The notes below the pieces were generated by a model, which made no database searches, was not told the DNA's origin, and was given only the letters and a program-made list of their open reading frames with translations. The position numbers and the translations under genes were made by a program. Shown here in pieces: positions 57,936-64,000 of a stretch of 64,000 bases of DNA (positions are counted from its first letter, which is position 1; the number at the start of each line of letters is the position of its first letter). This DNA is from an uncultured Bacteroidales bacterium (lineage in GTDB: Bacteria; Bacteroidota; Bacteroidia; Bacteroidales; Bacteroidaceae), in assembly GCA_902791295.1 (NCBI GenBank), contig CADAVI010000002.1:270-64269 (forward strand). The letters are read 5' to 3'.

Positions 57936-58011
57936 TGGTTGCGGGGGTCCGACTCGAACGGGCGACCTCCAGGTTATGAGCCTGGCGAGCTACCAACTGC
58001 TCCACCCCGCG
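57936..58011 (-). tRNA. tRNA-Met (CAT), initiator type (C1:A72 mismatch), CCA encoded
   Basis: Reverse complement reads CGCGGGGTGGAGCAGTTGGTAGCTCGCCAGGCTCATAACCTGGAGGTCGCCCGTTCGAGTCGGACCCCCGCAACCA. It closely parallels E. coli tRNA-fMet. There is one C:A mismatch in the T stem. Confidence 0.85.
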
Positions 58012-58026
58012 GTGTCAATGCGGGTG

Positions 58027-58034
58027 CAAAGGTA
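58027..58034 (-). promoter_or_regulatory. -7 box TACCTTTG
   Basis: Plus-strand CAAAGGTA, 16 nt upstream of the tRNA 5' end. Confidence 0.45.
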
Positions 58035-58193
58035 TGACATTTTTTCGGACCCGCCAAATTTTCCGGACACTTTTTTCAAAAAACAGGTCATTTTTGCGGT
58101 TCCCGCCCCATCTCGAACAGGATTTCGGTCTTTCCAAAAGCCGTTTTCAGGCCCGACGGGAGAATTCACACGGCCTCTGCCCACAAAGCCTCC

Positions 58194-58259
58194 GGGAACA
58201 GTCTGGGAACAGTCTGGGAACAGTCTGGGAACAGTTTGGGATGCCTTTGGGAATGACCC
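58194..58259. repeat. 11-bp periodic tandem repeat GGGAACAGTCT x3 perfect, plus three degenerate units
   Basis: GGGAACAGTCT at 58194, 58205 and 58216. These are followed by GGGAACAGTTT, GGGATGCCTTT and GGGAATGACCC. Confidence 0.9.
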
Positions 58260-58362
58260 CGAAAAGATGCATCTCGGCACACTTCGGACGTTTTTGTGCA
58301 AAAATTCTTTCGATAAAGAGAAAAATCTCTGCGTCCGACAGCTTACTCACAACATTTTTTCG

Positions 58363-58370
58363 TACCTTTG
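58363..58370 (+). promoter_or_regulatory. -7 box TACCTTTG
   Basis: Lies 11 nt upstream of the tetR-family ATG at 58381, implying a near-leaderless transcript. Confidence 0.4.
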
Positions 58371-58380
58371 CACGCGAATT

Positions 58381-58980
58381 ATGGCTGTAGAAAAAACACG
58401 TGCAATGCTCGTCGATGTGGCGCGCCGCCTCTTCGCCAAGAAGGGGCTGGAGGAAACCACGATGAACGACATCTCCCAAGCCGCAGGCAAGGGGCGTCGC
58501 ACGCTCTACACCTATTTCAAGAACAAAGAGGAGATTTTCGATGCCGTCGTGGAGGCCGAGATGGAGCGCCTGGCCCGCGACATGGCCGAAGTGGCCTCCC
58601 GCCTGCTCTCCCCCGAGGACAAACTGGTGGCCGTCATCTACGGCCATTTGGAGGCCATCAAGGAGATTGTGCAGCGCAACGGCAACATGCGCGCCGAATT
58701 TTTCCGCGATGCCTGGCGCGTGTCGCTCATCCGCAAGCGCTTCGACACCAACGAGAAGAAACTTTTGGCACAGATTCTGACCGACGGCGAGCGGCAGGGC
58801 GTGTTTGACATTGAGAACATCCAGCTCGCCGTCAACATCATACACTATTGCCTGCGCGGCCTGGAGATTCCCTACATCTACGGCCGTCTCGACAACGGGC
58901 TTTCGCCTGCGGCCTCCCGCGCCGCCGTGCAGCGCATCATCCATCGCGCCATAGGTCATCATTTCAAAAAAAACAACTGA
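58381..58980 (+). CDS. TetR/AcrR-family transcriptional regulator
   Basis: The internal ATG gives MAVEKTRAMLVDVARRLFAKKGLEETTMNDISQAAGKGRRTLYTYFKNKEEIF, a TetR HTH. The upstream part of track ORF 57883..58980 crosses a tRNA gene and repeats, so it is not coding. Confidence 0.85.
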   Translation: MAVEKTRAMLVDVARRLFAKKGLEETTMNDISQAAGKGRRTLYTYFKNKEEIFDAVVEAEMERLARDMAEVASRLLSPEDKLVAVIYGHLEAIKEIVQRNGNMRAEFFRDAWRVSLIRKRFDTNEKKLLAQILTDGERQGVFDIENIQLAVNIIHYCLRGLEIPYIYGRLDNGLSPAASRAAVQRIIHRAIGHHFKKNN

Positions 58981-58981
58981 T

Positions 58982-59737
58982 ATGCTTTTACAAGGAAAAA
59001 CAGCTCTCATCACCGGTGCCGCCCGCGGCATCGGTAAGGCCATCGCCCTGAAGTTCGCTTCCGAGGGCGCCAACATTGCGTTCACCGACCTCGTGCTCAA
59101 CGACGATATGGCCGCCGGCCTCGAAGCCACCCGCAAGGAGATTGAAGCTCTCGGCGTGAAGTGTCTCGCCTACGCCGGCAACGCCGCCGACTTTGCCGAG
59201 ACAGAGAAAGTCGTCGCCCAGATTAAGCAGGACTTCGGCACCATCGACATTCTGGTTAACAACGCCGGCATCACCAAGGACGGCCTGATGCTGCGCATGA
59301 GCGAGCAGCAGTGGGACGCCGTCATCAACGTCAACCTCAAGTCCGCCTTCAACTTCATCCACGCTTGTGTGCCCGTCATGATGCGTCAGCGCGGCGGCAG
59401 CATCATCAACATGGCTTCCGTCGTCGGCGTTCACGGCAATGCCGGTCAGGCCAACTACGCCGCCTCCAAGGCCGGCCTCATCGCTCTGGCCAAGAGCATC
59501 GCTCAGGAGATGGGCCCGAAGGGCATCCGCGCCAACGCCATCGCTCCCGGCTTCATCGAGACGGCCATGACGGCCGCTCTGCCCGACGAGGTGCGTGAGG
59601 AGTGGAAGAAGAAGATTCCCCTGCGCCGCGGCGGACAGGTGGAGGACATTGCCAACACGGCGCTCTATCTGGCTTCCGACCTTTCCTCTTACGTCAGCGG
59701 ACAGGTGATCCAGGTGGACGGCGGCATGAACATGTAA
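58982..59737 (+). CDS. fabG: 3-oxoacyl-ACP reductase
   Basis: TGAARGIGKAIA, NNAGIT and YAASKAG SDR motifs. 251 aa. Confidence 0.9.
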   Translation: MLLQGKTALITGAARGIGKAIALKFASEGANIAFTDLVLNDDMAAGLEATRKEIEALGVKCLAYAGNAADFAETEKVVAQIKQDFGTIDILVNNAGITKDGLMLRMSEQQWDAVINVNLKSAFNFIHACVPVMMRQRGGSIINMASVVGVHGNAGQANYAASKAGLIALAKSIAQEMGPKGIRANAIAPGFIETAMTAALPDEVREEWKKKIPLRRGGQVEDIANTALYLASDLSSYVSGQVIQVDGGMNM

Positions 59738-60409
59738 ATGCAGGTACTCTACGAGGACAACCACCTCATCGTGGTGAACAAGGCTCCGGGCGAGATTGTC
59801 CAGGGCGACAAGACGGGCGACAAGCCCCTCTCCGAGACCGTCAAGGACTACATCAGGGAGCGTTACGGCAAGCCCGGCAACGTCTTCCTCGGTGTGGTGC
59901 ACCGTCTGGACCGCCCCGTCAGCGGCGTGGTGCTTTTCGCCCGCACGAGCAAAGCCCTCGCCCGCCTCAACGCCCTCTTTGCCGACCACGAGAGCGTGCA
60001 CAAGACCTACTGGGCCATCGTTGCCAATCGGCCGGAGCAGGCAGAAGGGACGCTCGTCCACTGGCTCACGCGCAACGAGAAGACCAACAAGGCTGCAGCC
60101 CACGACCGCGAAGTGCCCGGCTCCAAGAAGGCCGTTCTCGACTACCGGCTTCTGGCCTCCTCCGACCGCTACCATCTCCTGGAGGTCACGCTCCATACGG
60201 GGCGCCACCATCAGATCCGCTGCCAGCTCGCCAAGATCGGCTGCCCCATCAAGGGCGACCTCAAATACGGCGCGCCGCGCTCCAATCCCGACGGCAGCAT
60301 CTCGCTGCACGCGCGCACAATCACATTAGAGCATCCCGTCACCCACACCACCGTATCCGTCACGGCCCCCGTGCCTGACGACCGTCTATGGCAGCACTTC
60401 GAATCATAA
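59738..60409 (+). CDS. RluA-family pseudouridine synthase
   Basis: The HRLDRPVSGVVLFARTSKA catalytic Asp motif and a YxAxV-type motif (YWAIV). 223 aa. Confidence 0.85.
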   Translation: MQVLYEDNHLIVVNKAPGEIVQGDKTGDKPLSETVKDYIRERYGKPGNVFLGVVHRLDRPVSGVVLFARTSKALARLNALFADHESVHKTYWAIVANRPEQAEGTLVHWLTRNEKTNKAAAHDREVPGSKKAVLDYRLLASSDRYHLLEVTLHTGRHHQIRCQLAKIGCPIKGDLKYGAPRSNPDGSISLHARTITLEHPVTHTTVSVTAPVPDDRLWQHFES

Positions 60410-63400
60410 CGAAGACCCTCCTTTGGACGCTCCTCTGCGTCCTTCTGCTGCCCTTCCTGCTGGCAGCGGCGCTCTATGTTCCGCCCGTTCAGCGATGGGC
60501 CGTCCAGACGGCGGCGCGCTATGCTTCCGAGGCCACGGGGATGCAGATTTCCATCGGCCGTCTGGGCATCAGCTTCCCGCTCGACCTCGACCTCAATCGC
60601 CTTGTCGTAATTGATAAATGCGACACATTAGTTGCTGTGGACCAGGCTGTTGCCGACCTTGACTTCGAGCACGTCTTTCATTGGCGCATCGGCGTCGAGG
60701 CGCTCGATTTGTCGCGCGGTCAGGTCAACATTGCGCTACGTCCCGACACCACCGAGAAGGACACTTCGAAGACCCAGTTGCCTCCGCTCGAGGTCAACAT
60801 CCGGCGCGTGGCTCTCAGCGACGTGCGGGCCACTTTCCGCACCGTCGGCGACACGCTCAGCGTCTTTGCCCTGTTGCGCGAAGCCACCCTCTCGGGGGGC
60901 GACATTGCGCTGGGGCCTTCCATCTACGTGGTGGACCGCTTCGAGGCTACGGTGGACTCACTCTCGGTCTCGGCGCTCGACTCCCTGGGGCAGCGTTCGG
61001 CGCTCTTTCCGCCCGACCTCTCGCCCCTCTCCTATCCCCTGACGCCTTTCACGGTGGGTCTCTCCCGCCTCTCGCTCACGCTGGAGCCTCTGCTGCGCTT
61101 CTCCGTGGGCCGTTTCAGCCTCACGACGCCGTCACTCTGTGCGGCCCTCACGGCTGCCGGCGACCTCTCGGCCGTTGCGGTGGACTCGCTCCATGTGTGG
61201 CTGCCCGACCAGGTGGACCTCTGGGGCAGCGGAAGTGCTTCCAATCTCGACCGGCCCGACTCGCTCTCGGCCCGCTTCGACTGGGATGTGCATACGCGCG
61301 ACCTCACGCCTCTGGCCCGCCGCCTCTCGATTAAGGATGTGGCGCTGCCGCCGATGGACCTCAACGCCTTCACCTCGGTGGAGGGTTCGCGCTGCCATAT
61401 CGACGCCATCCTCAACGAGGGTCGCGGCAACGTGCGCCTCGTGGGCGACTACGACACCAAGGACAACAGCTACGAGGCTCAGGCGCGCATCAACGGGCTC
61501 AACGTCCGCGACTTCCTGCCTCGCGACAGCATCGGGCGCCTCTCGGCGTCGGCCAAAGTCCAAGGCAGGGGCACCGATCCCTACGACGCCGCCACCGCTT
61601 TGGCCGCATCGCTCTCGCTCCAAAGTCTGGCCTACGGCTCATGGCTCATCGACAACGTGGAGGCCCGGGCCTCGCTCCGGAGCCATCGCGCCACGCTCGA
61701 CCTTCAGGCCGACAACCGCCTGCTCAAGACCGACACCAAGGCTTCGGCCGTTGTGCTGAAAAACAGCATCCGGGACGCCCGTTTGGATATGCAGCTCGAG
61801 CGGGCCGACCTCAGGGCGCTGCGTCTCGTCGAGGACACACTCTCCGTCGCCGCCAATCTCTCGGCCACTGCCGCCACCGATTTCCGCGAGCGCCACAGCC
61901 TCGCCGCCACACTCAGCGACCTGGGCATCGAGACCAAGGACACCGTCTCTCATCCCCTGCCCCTCTCGGTGGACGCCCGCCTCACGCCCGACAGCATCAG
62001 GGCCCGGGCCGAAGCAGGCGACCTGCTCCTGCGCTTCACCTCCGCCGACGGCCTCAAGCGGTTGCTCGCCAAGGTGGATAATGTCAACAAGTATCTCAAG
62101 CACCAGATGGACGAGTCGATGGAGCGCCACCGTCCGCTGCAGGTCGACCACGACTCGCTCAAGACGATGCTGCCCACCTTCGACCTCAACTTCCTGAGCG
62201 GCCGCGACAACACGCTTTTCCGCATCGTGCAGCATCTCCGGTATGAGTTCGACGAGGCTGCGCTGCGCCTCTCCAGCGACCCCGTGCGGGGCATCAACGG
62301 CGAAGGCCATGCCTATGGCATCACCAACGGCAACGTGCGTCTGGACACCCTCCAGCTCCATGTGGACCACGACAGCAAGGGCTTCAACCTGCTCTCGCGC
62401 CTCATGAATTCGCGTCAGAACGCCACCGGCGCCTTCCGTGCGCTCTTCTCCGCTTCACTGCAGCCCGCCGCCATCGAGACGGCCCTCGAGTTCTACGACG
62501 CGCAGGGCGAGAAGGGCATCGACCTGGGCCTGCACATCGTGGGCAAAGACTCCGCCCTCGTGGGCCACATCACGCCGCACAACCCCATCCTGGCCTATCG
62601 CCGCTTCACGGTGAACCCCGACAACTACATCGCCCTCGACCGCAAGAAGCACATCCGCGCCGACTTCAACCTTCTGGCCGACGACGGCACGCAGCTGATG
62701 CTCTTCTCGCCCAGGGAGCAGCGCGACGACGTGCTTCAGGACCTCACGCTCTCGGTGCGCCGCCTCAATCTGGGCGAACTGTGTCAGGTGTTGCCCATCG
62801 TGATGCCTCGCGTCAGCGGCTTCCTCGACGGCGACATCCACGCTCTGGTGGTGGACACTACGGAGGCTACGGTGGCCCTCGGCCTTGAGGCCCGCGACCT
62901 GGTCTACGAGAAGGCGCCTCTGGGCACCGTAGGCCTCGACATGGTGTGGATGCCCAACCCCGACGGCACTCAGGTCATCGACGGACAGATGACGCAAAAC
63001 GGCCGCGAGGTGCTGCTGCTCAACGGCAGCTATTGGAAAGACCGCGAGACGAAAGAGGACCGCATCGACGCCACCGCCACGCTGCAACGCCTGCCGCTGC
63101 TGCTGGCCAACGGCTTCATTCCCGACAACCTGATCACTCTGGCCGGCTACGCTGTGGGCCATCTCTCCGTCACGGGCCCCGTCTCCGCGCTGAGCCTCAA
63201 CGGCGCTCTGGCCACCGATTCGATGGACATCCGCTCCGTGCCCTACAGCGTGCATCTGGCCCTGCCGCGCGACACGCTGCATATTGATAACAGCGTCATC
63301 GAGATGCGCAATCTGCGCGCCTTCTCCGTCGTCGACGGCAAGAAGGGCGAGCGCCCCGATCTCGACGTCGAGCACGCGATGACGCTCAACGGCCGCGTGG

Positions 63401-64000
63401 ACTGCCGGGACCTGAACCACATCAAGCTCGGCCTGAGGGTGCAGGCTGAGAACTTCCGCCTCATCGACGCCCCGCGCAACAAGAAGGCGCAGGCCTACGG
63501 CAAGGCCTACGTCGATGCCGACGTGCGTCTGGGCGGCGACCTTCAGAAGATGCGCATCGGCGGCAAGCTGCGCCTTCTGGGCAAGACGGATCTCACCTAC
63601 GTCGTCACCGACACGCCGCTCTCGGCCGACAACAAGCTCGACGACCTGGTCACCTTCGTGGACTTCAGCGACACCACCGCTGTGGACGCCCCTGTGAGCA
63701 ATCCGATGGACATCCGCCTCAACCTGGCACTCGCCATCGACGAGGCCGCCACGATGCACGTGCTCCTCTCCGAGGACGGCAGCGACCATCTCGAGATCGA
63801 GGGCGGCGGCGACCTCAACTTCAGCTACGACCCGATTATGGGCAATCGCCTCTTCGGCCGCTACACGGTGCTCTCGGGCAAACTGGACTACTCGCTCGTG
63901 GTGGCTTCTTTGAAGGACTTCAAACTGCACACGGGTTCCTACATCGAGTTCATGGGCGACCCGCTCAACCCCACCCTGTCGCTCTCGGCTTCGGAGATGA
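60388..64000 (+). CDS. tamB: translocation/assembly module protein TamB-like (DUF490), 5' part; continues beyond the window
   Basis: Manual translation of frame 1 from ATG 60388 is open to the window end, more than 1200 codons. It starts with the TM anchor MAALRIITKTLLWTLLCVLLLPFLLAAALY, continues with a long beta-rich repetitive body, and ends in a DUF490-like pattern GGGDLNFSYDP..GRYTVLSGKLDYSL....KDFKL..GSYIEFMGDPLNPTLSL. It is absent from the ORF track because no stop is reached. Confidence 0.8.
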   Translation, partial: MAALRIITKTLLWTLLCVLLLPFLLAAALYVPPVQRWAVQTAARYASEATGMQISIGRLGISFPLDLDLNRLVVIDKCDTLVAVDQAVADLDFEHVFHWRIGVEALDLSRGQVNIALRPDTTEKDTSKTQLPPLEVNIRRVALSDVRATFRTVGDTLSVFALLREATLSGGDIALGPSIYVVDRFEATVDSLSVSALDSLGQRSALFPPDLSPLSYPLTPFTVGLSRLSLTLEPLLRFSVGRFSLTTPSLCAALTAAGDLSAVAVDSLHVWLPDQVDLWGSGSASNLDRPDSLSARFDWDVHTRDLTPLARRLSIKDVALPPMDLNAFTSVEGSRCHIDAILNEGRGNVRLVGDYDTKDNSYEAQARINGLNVRDFLPRDSIGRLSASAKVQGRGTDPYDAATALAASLSLQSLAYGSWLIDNVEARASLRSHRATLDLQADNRLLKTDTKASAVVLKNSIRDARLDMQLERADLRALRLVEDTLSVAANLSATAATDFRERHSLAATLSDLGIETKDTVSHPLPLSVDARLTPDSIRARAEAGDLLLRFTSADGLKRLLAKVDNVNKYLKHQMDESMERHRPLQVDHDSLKTMLPTFDLNFLSGRDNTLFRIVQHLRYEFDEAALRLSSDPVRGINGEGHAYGITNGNVRLDTLQLHVDHDSKGFNLLSRLMNSRQNATGAFRALFSASLQPAAIETALEFYDAQGEKGIDLGLHIVGKDSALVGHITPHNPILAYRRFTVNPDNYIALDRKKHIRADFNLLADDGTQLMLFSPREQRDDVLQDLTLSVRRLNLGELCQVLPIVMPRVSGFLDGDIHALVVDTTEATVALGLEARDLVYEKAPLGTVGLDMVWMPNPDGTQVIDGQMTQNGREVLLLNGSYWKDRETKEDRIDATATLQRLPLLLANGFIPDNLITLAGYAVGHLSVTGPVSALSLNGALATDSMDIRSVPYSVHLALPRDTLHIDNSVIEMRNLRAFSVVDGKKGERPDLDVEHAMTLNGRVDCRDLNHIKLGLRVQAENFRLIDAPRNKKAQAYGKAYVDADVRLGGDLQKMRIGGKLRLLGKTDLTYVVTDTPLSADNKLDDLVTFVDFSDTTAVDAPVSNPMDIRLNLALAIDEAATMHVLLSEDGSDHLEIEGGGDLNFSYDPIMGNRLFGRYTVLSGKLDYSLVVASLKDFKLHTGSYIEFMGDPLNPTLSLSASEM

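Noticed and set aside
58194-58259. CRISPR array interpretation of the tandem repeats (also 38414-38441 and 38577-38719)
   Set aside because: The units are 8-11 bp and directly abutting, or 21-23 bp apart with non-unique spacers. There are no repeats of 24-48 bp separated by unique spacers of similar length, and no cas genes.
57883-58380. N-terminal 166 codons of track ORF 57883..58980 (TetR)
   Set aside because: This stretch runs across the tRNA-Met gene and the 11-bp repeat tract. The TetR HTH begins right after the ATG at 58381, which has a -7 box 11 nt upstream.

Overview
This is a 64-kb chromosomal segment from a high-GC Bacteroidales-like bacterium. The taxonomic call is an inference from a T9SS C-terminal sorting domain, GldE/OmpH/TamB-type genes, a BspA-type LRR protein, an ilv operon with an embedded acyl-ACP thioesterase, and recurrent TAnnTTTG -7 promoter boxes with no Shine-Dalgarno sites. 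From about 6.2 kb to 64 kb the window is densely packed core genes: ompH, gldE-like, ssb, phosphoglucomutase, rpsP, prs, mutS2, rfbA/rfbD/rfbB, an RND efflux operon, radA, a U32 peptidase, metA, an ABC-F ATPase, ilvD-ilvB-ilvN-thioesterase-ilvC, a fucO-like ADH, an SSS transporter, folD, ffh, a 1590-aa CotH/Big_2/LTD protein with a T9SS tail, tRNA-His, an initiator-type tRNA-Met, and tetR-fabG-rluA-tamB. Positions 1 to about 5.5 kb are a sharply AT-rich accessory island of eight uncharacterised genes: small lipoprotein/membrane genes, a Cys-containing sORF plus a 205-aa protein, and a 351-aa protein plus a BspA-type LRR membrane protein. Two of its operons are driven by near-identical promoters that carry the same 13-bp palindrome at identical spacing. 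This island is my best candidate for an undescribed, co-regulated system. Three long non-coding regions (5424-6254, 38119-39045, 58012-58380) share a repeat vocabulary. The 38-39 kb region holds a 141-bp symmetric inverted-repeat structure plus an iteron-like array and is the most unusual non-genic feature. I saw no rRNA, CRISPR array, integrase or transposase. Because of the high GC content I rejected many long antisense shadow ORFs in the track. The track misses a tamB-like open frame of more than 1200 codons that runs off the right edge, and a 56-codon sORF upstream of ompH. All functional calls rest on motif and architecture recognition by eye; no database search was run.
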